From assembly GCF_006345805.1 (NCBI RefSeq), contig NC_043000.1:95790001-95854000 (forward strand): 64,000 nucleotides of DNA. Reading direction: 5' to 3'. Below, piece by piece: positions 25,420 to 39,488 of this stretch. Positions within the stretch are counted from its first letter, which is position 1. The number at the start of each line of letters is the position of its first letter. This stretch comes from Octopus sinensis (Eukaryota). Made by a program: the position numbers and the translations under genes. Under the pieces are notes generated by a model. The model was not told where the DNA came from and ran no database searches. It worked only from the letters and a program-made list of their open reading frames with translations.

Positions 25420-26387
25420 TTTCACATATCCATCCATCTTCTTCCCCCACTCTTCCTGGGAGGGTCATGGGGGTGTAGAGTTTTAGGCACCACTTCCATA
25501 AGGCCCTATCAGAAGCAACTATCATTAGATATTCTGGCAGGATTCCCAAGTACAACCGAGACTACGGATATTATCTAACCATCTTGTTCTTGATCCACCC
25601 CTAGGTCTCTTGCTGGTTGGCTTGTCTTGCAATTCTTTTCTGTGACATTCTGTGGACAAGTGTACCACCATGCATTTTGGGAGAAAAAACCCTGCGTCCA
25701 CATACTCCCTCCACAACACTGATATCAAGAAATCCTCTTGCGAGCGTGACCTAGGCATCACTGTCAGCAGTGATTTGCGTTGGACAAAGCATATCCCTAA
25801 AATTGTCAAGAAGGCCGAGGGTGTCTTGGCATCACTCAGCAAGACTTTTGTTAGCCGCTCTCCAGCCATCTATTTAAAACTGTATACAGCTATGGTACGA
25901 CCACACTTGGAATTCGCATCATCAGTTTGGAACCCCTATCTTGCTCAGAACATTGACCTCCTGGAATCTGTCCAGAGACGTGCAACCAAACGCATACCCT
26001 TCATCAGACACCTACCATATTCTGAGTGCCTTGTTTCCCTGGGCATGGATTCACTGAAGCTCCGGCGTCTGGTGATGGACTTGGTAAACACCCACAAAGT
26101 TATCAACCACCTCACCAACAACAACACTGAACACCTTTTTGATCTCCATGTGTCTAACACACGTGGACATGCCTACAAAGTCAGAAAACAACACAGCTCC
26201 TATGACTTTCGGAAACATTTTTTCATGCTCAGAGTTGCTGAAGCATGGAATAAACTGCCTGTGTCAGTTGTTGACTGCCATGACACTGCATCCTTTAAGG
26301 CCCTCATGCTTTCCGAAATCCGCCGAAACTACACCTGATTATATATACACTTTAGATGAGTTGTAGTGCACCTGAGCACTGTACACA

Positions 26388-26423
<36 letters not shown>

Positions 26424-26700
26424 CCATAGTACCAGAGCTATGACCCACCTCAACGTGGAGAAGTAATGGCTCGACCTATAGAGACTTACTGATCTCTGAG
26501 CCAAGGACTCTATTGAACAACATTATTCCAAAGACACTTCAGAGGAACTCCATTTTGACCACTGGCATTTGCAATCATATTCTTTCAGCCATTACCCAAC
26601 ATTCATGACCATTCAAGGTTAAATCACAAGTTGAGCTTGAAGAGACAAGAATATGACTTGATTCCTCGTCATAACTATTTCCCTGTTACAAGAAATGTAC
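25420..26700 (-). mobile_element. RTE LINE 3' region interrupted by a CR1
   Basis: LNGHECWVMAERI...VEPLLL...LWYYG right of the CR1 continues as RMSQKRIARQA...KRPRGGSRTRWLD...DRALWKWCL left of it. Confidence 0.85.
25651..26417 (+). mobile_element. CR1 LINE, 5'-truncated, intact 228-aa ORF2 C-terminus and (ATT)n tail
   Basis: KC..MHFG, ERDLGI, YTAMVRPHLEFASSVWNPY and TRGH motifs. Confidence 0.95.
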
Positions 26701-28799
26701 ACTTTGAAGTTCTTTAGATTGTCTTAATATTAGCTGAACTAAGAATGATGAAAATTTTCATTACATGACAAAAGGAATGATGAATATAAGTATATGTTGT
26801 TGGGAATGAGCTCAAACCTCACTAGAGATATTTTACTGCCTCTCATCAAGGCACTTACTCAGCTTGCTTCAGGCCTAAAACAGGTTTCAATCCTATTTCA
26901 TGGCTAACAGTAGAAAGAACACCGAGTTATTGAAATAACAATTCTAAAATAGACAACAATCTATACTAGCATAAAGAACTTGAAATATGAAATATAAAAC
27001 GGACGTTTACCCCTAAATCACAAACTATTTTACTTCCACTAAAATTATACTCATTCACAGACATGAACACTATAATGCAGTGTTTATAAACTGGCAAGTA
27101 AGAATAGGAAAGCAATAAATGTCAATATTGTGGAAAAAAATATAAGAAAGCTGTCTATTTAGTGGTAAACAATGAGAAGTTTGAAACTCTAGTATCAAAA
27201 ATATATATTTTGTTCTATTCCAGCCATAATGAAAATATTCTACTAGGAAGAATCCTGGAATCCTGTTACCAAACTTTGGTGTATGGAAAAGAAATACAAC
27301 TTCATCATTTCACAAATTCCAAATGACCATGATTGCTGGACAACAATAAGTGAAACTTTTAAATGAGGAATGGTTGTGGAAAGAATACTGAACTTAAGAC
27401 ACAAATTTGCCTTCACACATGAACCAATATGAGATCTTTTCAGTGGTCACTAGATCAATTACAAATAACCAAATCTTAACTAGAGCCATGTGAAATGAAG
27501 TGTTTTTGTTCAAGAACCCAATGCACCATCCAATCCAGGAATTGAAACCATAGTCTTACAATTGTGAGTGCAACACCCAAACCACTAGGTCACATACCTT
27601 CACATCTCTTCTAAGTCTTTAAAAAAGTAAAATAAAAAACTAAAAAAAAAAGTTGTTTATTTAGAGATGTTTTAGATGAATTGAAGAAATATATTGAGAT
27701 AGAAATAAAGGGTAACAAACGGGAAATTTATGCTTTCAGGATCTGTTGGTGAGATTGAAAAATGAAAGGGTAGCAGAAATACAGGGTGTCACTTTGGCAG
27801 TTTAGCAGTTAATTGAGTGAATTTAGGTTAAGTAAAAGTTAGAATTAATTAACAAAAGCTGAGTGAAACTGAGCAGTAATATGGCCAGAGATAGGATAAA
27901 ATGAAGAAGTAATTTGTGCAGACTTGTTTTATTTTGTTTAATTAATAACATGATTAAGTCAAGATATAGCTTTCTAAATGTCATTACTATAACGTAAACA
28001 AATATTCTTTTTTTATTAGAAGCATTGAAATGTGTATTGTATGATACAAATAAGAAGATATTTTATCAAATAGAGTGTGTTTTTAAAGAGTCTTGTATTT
28101 TACAATTATTAGTGAAAGGATAGAGAGGTGGACTGGAATCTTCATGTCTTTATTAACAGCTTAAGTATGATAAATGAAATAAAATGACTTCAACTGAGAA
28201 ATGAAATCAAATTGCAGATCAGTAGCTTGGAAGCTTATAAAAGATTAACCAACTTACCAATCAGCCCTAAGACTCACAAAGCCAGTTACCCAGTTTTCGT
28301 GGCATGCAAGCAACTGAGATCACATTTCCATTGAATGGGACACCAGTACATTTTCAAGGTTCTAGGCCAGCAATTTTGAGGGGAGGGGATAAGTTGATTA
28401 CTTCAATCTAAGGGATGAAAGGTAAAACTGACCCTAGTAGAATCTGAATTCACAATGTATAAAGCTGGAAGAAATGCTGCTAAGCATATTGCCCAGTGTG
28501 CTAACAACTCTGCTAGCTCACCGACTTAATTTGAAATTACACTGGGAGAAAATGTATAAAATGAACATGCTGAGAGTATTGCTGATGTTTCTCAGAAATA
28601 TCATAGTGACATACACTGTGGCAGTACATACATTTGAAAATGTTTGCTTGTAGAGTGTACCCACCACCTACAAGTTTTCTGTCTTTCTCTCTGTTCAAAG
28701 ATTTCACTATTTCTAGAATATCTGAACACATATTAAAACCACTAAATACAGTGAGCCAAGAATGATATATTCTATTGCATTTCCCTTTTAATTTTTTTA

Positions 28800-29175
28800 T
28801 CTTTTACTTGTTTCAATTACTGGACTGACCATGCTGGAACACCACAATGAAGGTTTAGTTAAGCAAATCAACTGCAGTACATCTATTTTTTGAGCCTGGT
28901 ACTTATTCTTTCAGTCTCTTTTGCCAAACCACTAAGTTATGGGAATGTAAACAAACCAACACCAGTTGTCAAGCAGCAGAGGGGAGAAGCACAAACACAC
29001 ACATGCACACAACACACACACAGCGTTCCACAGTTTCTATTTACCAAATTCACTCGCAAGGCATTAGTCGGCCCAAGGCTATAGTGGAAGACACTTGCCC
29101 ATGGTGCCATGCAGTGGGACTGAACCTGAAACCAGAGTTGTTAAGCAAGCTTCTTAGCCACACAGCTGTGCCTAT
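28800..29175 (-). mobile_element. tRNA-derived SINE
   Basis: Homologous to the 9295 family. Confidence 0.8.
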
Positions 29176-30079
29176 TGAATTTAATTTTATTTTATTTTTA
29201 GTTATATACTGTTTAATTATTAAAACTGAATTATTCAATAAAGTAAAACAAAAATAAAACTCCAGCTAACTATTATTATTTTAAACTGATGAGCTGTTTC
29301 TGATTAACTGGTTTTTTACATAGAATTTGAAATTACTAGAAATTGCTCTATGGTAATGGACAAAGAAGAAATACAGTTAAATTTTAGTTGCTCCCTTGGA
29401 AGATAAGATACCAACAAAATTCTGCTGTGAATTCTAGAATTCTACTATTCTATTCACAAGTTACTTTTAACTACTTGTAGACAAAATCTGTAGCCAAAGA
29501 GAAAGCTGCATTTTATAACACGGATGAGTAAAAAAAAAATTGGAATAAAAAAAGGAATTGTTAATATAGAAGGAAAAGGGGATATTATTACTTTTTGTTT
29601 AAAAGCTTGGTAAGGAATGTAAAAAGCTGAGCAATTAAGTGGCTTAGATAGGTGACCATCTAAGAACGTGACTGGTAAGTAGGTCACATGCAGGATATAG
29701 ATTAAGCTACAATTTTGGTATTTAAGATACCAACAAATAGTGTTAAAGATACCTTGAATTCATCTTGGCTTTTGTCTGATGATAACCTGTAAAGATTTTT
29801 AATAGATAACAAACCCAATACCCATAATGAAATGTTCAATGATTTAACAATGAAAAAATAAAGATTAAGAGCAGTTAATGAATGATTAAGAACAAACAAG
29901 CATACAAACAAATATAAAAATCAGCCAAAAAAATAATTGGAGAAAGCACATATGCATAAATATAATCAAGTATAATCATTATTATTTTAACATCCACTTT
30001 AAGGTGATATTTATTTCCTCATGACCAGACATGTTTACAAGGAAAATTGGAAACTAAATACACCACTTGCATAATAGTG

Positions 30080-31010
30080 ACATCATCATCATTGTTATTT
30101 AACATCCGTTTTCTATGTTGGCACAGGTTGTTTTGGTTTGTTTTGGATTGGTTTCTACAGCTGGAGGTCCAAGCCAAAACAGAGCATGGAACCTGGTGTG
30201 GCCTCTAGCTTTGCCAGTTCCTGTCAAGCTGTCCAACCTATGCCAGCATGGAAAATGGACATTAAATGCTGGTGTGGGTTTGATGACTTGACACTCATTT
30301 ATAACTATCACTCATGTCAAGGCAAGGAAACAGTAAAACACACACACATATAAAATGGGCTTATTTTAGTTCCATCAACCAAATCCCCTCACAAGGTTTT
30401 AGTTGGTCCAGGGGCTATAGTAGAAGACACTTGCCCAAGGTGCCACACAGTGGAACTGAACCCAGATCCATGTGATTAGGATCAAACTTGTAATCACACA
30501 GCCACACCTATGCCTCCATAATCTCATTAATTATTCTTCTCATCATTCTTGTTATTGTTAGTGTCGTTCTTATAGATTATACAATTGGAGAGCCAGACGT
30601 AGATGCAGTGTTTTGTAGTGAGTTCCAGATTCAAATCTTGCTCAAGAGGATTTTTGCCTTCCTCATCTACTGAAGGGATCATGAAGGTGCATGGCTTAGT
30701 GGTTAGGGCATTTGACTCTTGATCTTAAGGTTGTGAGTTCAATTCACAGTAGTGTGTTGTGTTCCTGAGCAAGACACTTTATTTCATGTTGCTCTAGTCC
30801 ACTCAGCTGGTAAAAATGAGTAGTACCTGTATTTCAAAAAGGCCAGCCTTGTCACACTCTGTGTCATGTTGGATTTCCTTCAGAACCTCGTTAAGGGTGT
30901 TTGAGGAGTGCCCAGCCACTTGCACATGAATTTCACAAGCAGGTTGTTCCATTGATCAGATCAACTGGAACCCTCCTTGTCATAACTGACAGAGTGCCAG
31001 TCAGTTAATT
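30080..31010. mobile_element. Cluster of SINE and RTE-tail fragments
   Basis: RTE tail at about 30080-30280, SINE 5' half (minus) at 30355-30510, SINE head TGGCTTAGTGG (plus) near 30690. Confidence 0.7.
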
Positions 31011-33859
31011 ACTGAAGGGATAGGCAGCTTTATTTTCGTAATAACCCACTTTTCATCTTTCTTTCTCTTTTCTTTTTACATTTACTGATGGCTCACATGT
31101 GTATTATATCATATGATTATATTTGTATGGGTTGACAGAATTCATTGAAGTAGATTATTTATAACCAGATGCCCTACAGTTGCCAACCTTCACCAGTTTT
31201 CCAGCAAGGTAATATTCTCAATAGCTGGACAAGTTTTTGAAGAAGTCTGGAAATGAAGGACTCCACTTATATGGCAGTGATGTTTGTTTATAGCTATTTT
31301 GTGATATCAAGGAGAATCAAGGAGACATATACACACATATATGACAAGTTTCTTTCACTTCCTGTACCTTTGTCATACTGATTCTGTTTGAGGATAACAT
31401 TATGAGTACAAATGTCTGTAGGATATTCAGCCACTTACATTGTAATTCAATGAAGAGGCAGTATGTTGATCAATTTCATTCCATTTCTCATTCTTAATAA
31501 ATATGTGTGTGTGTGTGCATGTATAAACAGACATGTATTCAAGTTAATGTGTGTGTGTGTGTGTGTTTCAATTTTTGTTTTAAGGGTTTTGGTCATTAAA
31601 TGGGAGACATGTTAGGGGCCTCACCATCAAGATTTTTTTTAGCCAATTACGGTGTCCCCAGTACTTTGCCTCTATTTGTTTCAATAATCTCTTCAAAAGC
31701 AAAGTGGACCTGGTTCTAAGGGGACAGAACTTTTAAAGTACTATAATATCAAATATGACACTACTGTTGTCCCACACCCTGATTGTGCCATTCTTCCTTG
31801 ATACACACAAACACAAGACAAGTTAGCCTGAGACAATAATAGAAGACTAGCTCAAAGTGGTCCATGATGGGATTGAATTTGGAATTATACTGTCATATTT
31901 GTACCCACGTATATAAACCTCTATGTGTCTATCTAAATGCATGCATTCTTTATTTCTTTTACATGTTTCAGTCATTTGACTGCAGCCAAGCTGGAGCACA
32001 TGCGTTTCCAATCAATCTTTTACTCATCATAAATAATGTCAATTCTCTTATTGTATTACATTAATTTAGTAGTTTTTAACACCAGATCTAAATGAAAGGC
32101 ACATAAATATGAGTGTAAACTTCATATTTGTCTTGAACTGTTAATTCAGAACTGACTTCTAATGTGTTCTTGGGATACCATATTAGTGGTCTGACACTGC
32201 CTTCTTCTGGAGTTTAAATCTGTCTCAAAAGAAGGATTGGGCTATCTTTTGAGACTCAAGTGTTCTGACCAAAGACAGGACAAACAATTGTCAATAAGGT
32301 TGACTTAGATCACGTTGTATAAAGTTTGGTGGATGTAAAAATATGCCCATTTCTTCAGATATTCTGAATGTCTGAGGCACATACATCCACACAAAGATCC
32401 TAAACTGCCTTAAAAGCATTGAGGCTGTTCCATTATACATTATTTCTGAATCTGTCCTTTTCAGAGTATAGCTGATTATGCTTTATCCTAGAACTCATTA
32501 TAAAAACACATGCACACAAAATCCAATTTTCATAATTTTCTATTTATTTTCTTTAACAAAAAATATGCATGAGAACCAAAAGCCACAATACCATGCTGAA
32601 AAGATACCATGCAATATCAACACATTCTTAAATGCCCAAATGAACAAATAATAATTAGAAAAATTAGGAAAAAAAAAAGACATGCTCAAAATGGGTTATA
32701 AGAAGGGAAAAAATTGAGCTGGCTTACTTTGTACTAAATTCATTTAGATCCATCATTATTATGAATAACCCTTGTAGTGTGTTAATTTTCTGCTAAACAA
32801 TTATATTAAGTTTTTATTTATTTGTTTTTGTAGTTGTTGAGTATTTCCAAAAGAATCTTTATGACTTTTAATCTTAATGAATCTCAATGACTTATTTTCC
32901 TTAATAGTTTATAGAACCTAAAAGTTAAATGACTATTTAGAGATTTAGATTTAAGACAGTTACAAAATCTCAAAATTTGGCCCTGCTTGTATGAATATTA
33001 TTAGCTGCTCATAATATTAAAAACCTACTTTTATTTATGTATTTGTTTCATAAGTATCTTTGGTATGTCATAACCTTTTTGATACTAATCTGCCTGAAAC
33101 TATCCCTGGTTCAATGATACAAATTCCTATTTTAAAGTGGTCTAAATTAAAACTTTCTGTGAAAAATTCATGATAATTTTTGTTCTAAAATCCAGCTTAA
33201 TAATGAAAAAGCTATTTTACTATATTCTTCATTATTTTCAAGATGAATTGAAGTAAAGGCAGCATATTTACTCTTTGTCACTGTTTTAGAAATATGGCAA
33301 GAAAAGATTTAAGTGCGTAATTTTTTTTGACAGAGAAATCAAAATATCTGCAAATTTCTAAAAACCCAATCATATTGTTTTTGTTAACTTTTTAGAGTAG
33401 ATAAGAATGGTTGCAGGTTCAGATATAATGTTGGTATTGTAATTATGTCCCAGAACAAAATATTTTACTCAAGTTAATAACTCAGCTGTCACAAACACAC
33501 AACAGTTTGATTTGATTATAGAATAATTAGTCATACAGAAAATAAGTTGAAAAATCATTCTTCACTTGTAGATTCTTTCAACTAGTGGGGAAAACAAGAG
33601 TAAATTATATCATCACCATCATAGTTTTAACATCTACTTTCCTATGTTTGCATGGATCAGACAGGATTTGTTGAAGCAGATTTTCCATAGCTGGATGCCC
33701 TTCCTGTTATCAACCTTCACTTGTTTCCAAGCAAAGTAATTTTTTCCTCATGATTGAACATATTTTCACAGAAGTTTAGAAACAAATGACACATGTTATA
33801 TGACAATAAAACTTGTTTACAACTATTGTGTAATGTCAAGATAAGGTGACACTAATACA

Positions 33860-34637
33860 CACACACACACACACAAACTGGTTTCTTTCAGTTTCCATCG
33901 ACCAAATCCACTCAGAAGGTTTTGATCCACCCAGGGCTATAGTAGAAGACACTTGCTCAAGATACTAAGCAGTAAGACTGAACCTGAAACCATGATGTTG
34001 GTAAGCAAATGTCTTAACCACACACCATGTCTGCACCTAAACATGCATACATACATACATATATGTGTATAGGTATGGTTGGATGCACTCAACACATGAT
34101 AATTAAACTACCTAGGTATTGTTAATCTTGTTGCATTCCCACTGTCACTTGTACACACAGGTTGTCTGTATCCGAGAGTAGTCTGTGATGTGTTACCAAA
34201 TAAAAGAGTACCAAGTTGTTCCTATATATATATATATCGACAAACACGCATACACACACACACACACACAAACTGGTTTCTTTCAGTTTCCATCGACCAA
34301 ATCCACTCAGAAGGTTTTGATCCACCCAGGGCTATAGTAGAAGACACTTGCTCAAGATACTAAGCAGTAAGACTGAACCTGAAACCATGATGTTGGTAAG
34401 CAAATGTCTTAACCACACACCATGTCTGCACCTAAACATGCATACATACATACATATATGTGTATAGGTATGGTTGGATGCACTCAACACATGATAATTA
34501 AACTACCTAGGTATTGTTAATCTTGTTGCATTCCCACTGTCACTTGTACACACAGGTTGTCTGTATCCGAGAGTAGTCTGTGATGTGTTACCAAATAAAA
34601 GAGTACCAAGTTGTTCCTATATATATATATATCGACA

Positions 34638-34660
<23 letters not shown>
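33860..34660 (+). repeat. Perfect tandem duplication, 395-bp period
   Basis: AAACTGG at 33875 and 34270, CGACAAAC at 34238 and 34633. The copies look identical by eye. Confidence 0.95.
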
Positions 34661-34675
<15 letters not shown>

Positions 34676-35249
34676 GATAAGTAACTTAAGACTGTGTTAA
34701 AAATGTAACACCTTAAGTATCGTGGATTAAAAACTAATAGTTTGCAAGTTATTTTAGACTGGATAATGATAAATTTTACAAGAATTATAGAGTTACAACA
34801 ACAAAATATTATTGCTAAAATGATCTGTGCTGAGTATGGCCCTCATGACATGAAGGATACATGTGAAGGCTACAATTTATTGCACACTGGGAAGCTCAAG
34901 GCTACAAATGTTCTCTGGATCATCTCAAGCTATGTATAATGAGTGCAAACCTACCTGCACCTTTCTGGTCGGCTTAAAATTATCTGTTGCAGTAAATCCA
35001 TCAACCAATATGACTGAACTTATAGAAAAACTGTGATGTGAACAGGAGGATGAAAGATACCAGATATGAAGCCATACGTTCACAGGCACTGAAATATTTT
35101 CACAGTTTGTTGCAAAGTTATTAGGGCTAACAGAGGCTAACAGAGTCCTGGTTCTCTCTTGTACAACTCATCTGAAATTCCTTAAGGCTATAATAGCCCG
35201 GAGAATTATAATTAATAAGCACAAGGAAGCTGAGAACTGAGCTACATGC

Positions 35250-35665
35250 CAAATTCTTTGCTCAACATATTCTTAACCCTCATCTTGTTGATGGTATCTT
35301 TGTACAGGTCTTGTATGGTTCTCACAAGCCGTTCATCATTACGTAGTCATTTTAAAGATCACCAGACAACAGAGCTTAGCACTTTGATTTTAGGTCAATG
35401 AATAGTAGACAGAGTAGCTTATTCTCAGTTAAAAGCTTCTCTTGTAGTTATCCCACTATGAATATGACAGTAGTGGTATTGTGTTCTGAACTGCATCTCA
35501 TCTAAAATAATTCTCTTCCCAGTCCATTGTTCTACATCTCTTTCAGTTAATTCCATAAATTGGTCCCTCAGCTTGAAGTTTCTTTCATTGCTTCTTTCTA
35601 GATCATCTCCTTTGTTCTTGTTGCAGTTCATGGATGATGCTACAATGCCAGTCATTGAGTATGAT
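35250..35665 (-). mobile_element. Degenerate RTE RT fragment
   Basis: KGDDLERSN..FKLRDQ, LDEMQF and VRTIQDLYKD motifs. Confidence 0.8.
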
Positions 35666-35735
35666 ACCTTGCTACACAAACACACACGTGTGCACACACA
35701 CACACACACGTGTGCACACACACACACACACGTGT

Positions 35736-35772
<37 letters not shown>

Positions 35773-35814
35773 TATAATGCATGAATAAAATACAGAAAGT
35801 CGCAATGTACTCAC

Positions 35815-35873
35815 TGAGAGATAATCAAATGGAGATTTTCTTTGAACTTGTTATATTCTGTTTCTTCAAATGG
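35815..35873 (-). CDS. C1orf43: C1orf43 homolog coding exon 6 (PFEETEYNKFKENLHLIIS)
   Basis: TTTTGTAG acceptor, GTGAGT donor, 59 nt, phase 0-2. Matches the family pattern F...EY..Y...L. Confidence 0.88.
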
Positions 35874-37012
35874 CTACAAAATATCAAACATATGAGAGGT
35901 AAGGAGTGAAAGGTGGCTGTGTGCAGGATGGGAAAGGCAGCTGAAAGAACTTCTTGTTGGCTTTGGAGCAAGAGAGAGGAGTTAAGCTGGGAGCCAGGAG
36001 GAGATGAGGAGCATTGACTTGGCCACCTCTGCTGACCCACCAACAGGCGGGTGTTACAATTCAGGGTCGAAACACCCGATGAATGTTGGATATTATCTGA
36101 TGATATCAGTTCCTCCTGACCACGACTCCATTCACTTTGGTGAATGGAAAAAGCACCTCCTTATAGATGTTATTAACACATAATATAAACCAGATGACAA
36201 GCCAATTGGAAAGTCTTTGTGCAGTCACATGATCTGCTAGAAATAGAAGGTAAAATCTCCATTAGATCACATACTACTGTCCTTAAAATAGGGAAAACAA
36301 AAAAAAAGATAGAATGAATACAGCTTGAAACTCTTTAATGACAGGTCTATTTGATTAAAGGTAAGCTGGCACTAAAAAACAATATATAAAGTAGAACATT
36401 TCTAGAACTGCCTTAAATTTAATAATTCTTTCACAAATCTCAAAAATCCAGGGAAGTAGTGCTCAGTATAGGCTTTGGTAAGGTTAAGTGCATGTGGAAT
36501 GAACTGGCTAGCAAAGTACAATAACTAGTCTAGCTCATACAACTTTTACAGAAAGGCTTGTTCCTCCATAGCTAGGTGAATCTGATGAACTGTGGTGTTT
36601 GATAGTGACCCACTCAGCAACATAATAAAATAACTTTAGGAAGCTATACAAACTCATGATCCATGAACCAGAAATTAAATTTCTTTTCCAGTTATTTTGC
36701 TTGTACTCCTGTATTATTATCATGAATCTTTTACTTCATTTTCCTTTTCCTTCATACACACAAATTCACATATTAATAAATACATATTCATACAAACACA
36801 CAGCAATCAGCATTATTATCATTGTTTTTACATTCTCTTCTCCAATATTTGTGTAGGATAGATAGAACTCAATGAGGCAGATTCTCTATAGCCAGATAAT
36901 CTTTCTTGTTGCTAAACCCTCACTTGTTTCTAACTAAAGTAATATTTTCCCTAGTCCCTCCACATACACACACACACAAAATAGAATAAAATGAAAAATT
37001 TAAATTACATAC

Positions 37013-37179
37013 CTGAGGTGTATGTCTGGCATTTTCATAGAGAAGAACAACATTGCGTATTAGTTCAAGGGATACTTTAGTGAGAATTCCCTTTGTGTGT
37101 AAACGGTACAGGTACTGACGAACTGTTTCAGTGGGATGACGTTCTCCATTATCAATGTCATGTTTTACAATCTCCTCTT
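37013..37179 (-). CDS. C1orf43: C1orf43 homolog coding exon 5 (EEIVKHDIDNGERHPTETVRQYLYRLHTKGILTKVSLELIRNVVLLYENARHTPQ)
   Basis: CTTCAG acceptor, CAG|GTATGT donor, 167 nt, phase 1-0. R.YL..L and YE.AR motifs of NICE-3 are present. Confidence 0.95.
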
Positions 37180-38759
37180 CTGAAGATACATTTTATTAGT
37201 AAGATATTACATTAGTATATTATGTTTTGTTGTCAGTAAAACCTATTTTGAATTGTCTGTCATTAAGAGATCATTCAAAAGAGAAAGAAACAAACAGACA
37301 GAGATTTCTACATATTTACTCAACCAACTAAGTGCAGCAGCAATACATTCTTCAGTAAACTCCCTTCTAACCTGGGATAACATAAGCCCTAGCATATGTT
37401 TGTAGGATCTAGATCAGATATGGGTAAGTATTTTCTAGTAGCAAGCTTTATAAGATATTTAAAAAGTTAAAAAAAAAGAGCAAAAAGGAATAGCTCAAGT
37501 GGACCAATAGCATGAATAAGTTAAGGGGTGATATTCTGGCATTTCCATGAATCCCCAACCCTCATGAAATCATAAAGGATGCTGCCCATCCTGCTCTAGA
37601 CCTGATCACAGCCAACTTTTGAGAGAGAGAGAGAGAGAGACTGTGTGTGTAGAATGTACTCCACTGATCAGCCCCAAAGAGACGAAAAGTCAAATTCACC
37701 AGGATTTGAACTCAGAGCAAAGAGCAGTGGAACTAATACCATCAGCATTATACCTGACATTCTAACAATTTTGCCAACTATGAACTTATGCAAAGAATGA
37801 TCTATGCTAAAAACCTCTCTCAATTATTAAAATCTCTCTTATTAATGGGAGAAAGACAACAAATACTTAGCGGCTTACTGTTAGTGACTCTCAAACAAAA
37901 GAGGATACAATTCCAATAAATAAGAATTTTACAAAATCATTTTCAGACAGGTTTCACTTGTACTGGACCTCATCACATAGAATATATATACATGATCTAC
38001 TCAAACCTGAGCCTGATAGTATCAGATGACAACACTGTATGTATATATGTGTGTATGAAAAAGAAAGAATTGTTTAGCAATCTGAATTAAAAACAGAAAA
38101 GAAAACTAAGGGAAATAACTCTAACTAGCAAATGGTAAGAATGTAGATAATTGACATTATAAGAGGTAATATTTCTCAATTAACTGATATTTTCCTCTTG
38201 GAAATATCAGGTAATAACGATGGATGGAATAAAGAGATAGAAACCTAGCAGCATTTGTATTTGTTATAGTAATTCAAAGAAAAAAGCAAATAAATTCAAG
38301 ATGAATTTACGTGATGGGGGAAAAAAATCTGATCTTTGTCAGCAGGTAAGGGGGACAGCTACAGACATACCTCAGGGCTACTAGACCTCTTGAGTTATTT
38401 TCCTTAGCTCATTTTATTTTAATTTTTATTTTATTATGCAAAATTTTACTGGTCGTAAATCTTCGTATTTTTCTATTTAGGCTGCACCTCTGAAATAATT
38501 TTTTTACAAACACTGTATACAGTTTAGAGTATACTGTTCATTATGCTCAGTAAAATCATAGAAAATGAATTAGAGTTGGAGTCTGGTGATAATGCTACAA
38601 AATTTTAGTAAAAATTCATTATGTTCAGCAGAGAAGAAGGTGTTAAATAAGTGGTATTGTCGGAGAAATAAACTTGCCTAATACGTAGAAAAGGAATAGT
38701 TAGGAATATGGAGACATAAAAGGTATTATGAAATCATAGACAAGTCTACAGAGAAAGCA

Positions 38760-39450
38760 AACTTTGTTTTTGGCAGATGCATTGGAGCAATATGCAGTCA
38801 GATTACATTGAAAATAGATTCTTTTTAATACTCAGATGGCACACTAGAAGTAGCTTCTGTTAACTAGGTGATGTAATTACCAGGGGACATGGTTGTTCAG
38901 AATGTATAGTAGTCATGGAACAAAGAGGTTGGAAAAAGTTCAGGGAGTTATATCAGCTGGCAATAAAGATCTTCTCCTGCAGAGTGAATAACAGGCTGAA
39001 GGGCATATTGTATGATACTTGTGCCAGAATTGCAATGCTTCATGATAGCAAGACTTGGGCCTATAATATATAGAAACTTGTGAAGACTAGAAAGAAATGA
39101 AACTAGCATGCTCTGATAGATGTGTAATGTTAGAGTGTAAGAATAAATGAGTTGAGGGAACAATTGAGTATAAGAGAAACCAGGCATAATGTACAAGACA
39201 GAAGGCTGTGCTGGTACGTGATTCATATGGACAATGAGTACTGCATAACAAAGTGCCAAGAAGTCCAAAGTAGTAGAACCAGTAGAAGAGAGAGCTAAGG
39301 AAAAACTGAAGATGAAGTGGAAAAGGCTGATTGGAAAATGCTGTATCTCAAAGAGGAGATGACAAAATATAGTACAGATTGGCAATACATGGTGCTGCAG
39401 AAGATTCAACCAGCCATAGCAAAACATTCCATTTATATAATGAAGGAAAT
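38760..39450 (+). mobile_element. Degenerate RTE LINE 3' fragment
   Basis: LKGILYDTCAR..MLH.SKTW-type remnants. Confidence 0.7.
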
Positions 39451-39488
39451 TCATTAAGAAAATATGTTGGCGTTAGGAAGAAACTTAC

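Noticed and set aside
26480-26690. Exon-like AG...GTAAGT segment (GNSYDEESSH...)
   Set aside because: It has stops in all frames and is part of the RTE interrupted by the CR1.
33265-33285. Strong minus-strand acceptor giving an alternative short C-terminus (HDKE*)
   Set aside because: Strong-looking acceptors are common in these T-rich introns and there is no independent support.
35425-35665. Minus-strand ORF SYSMTG...LDEMQFRTQ as a gene exon
   Set aside because: Recognisable RTE reverse-transcriptase remnant.
36048-36115. CGGGTGTT/AACACCCG hairpin with GAAAC and CTGATGA nearby as another hammerhead
   Set aside because: Stems I and II cannot be formed in any hammerhead topology.
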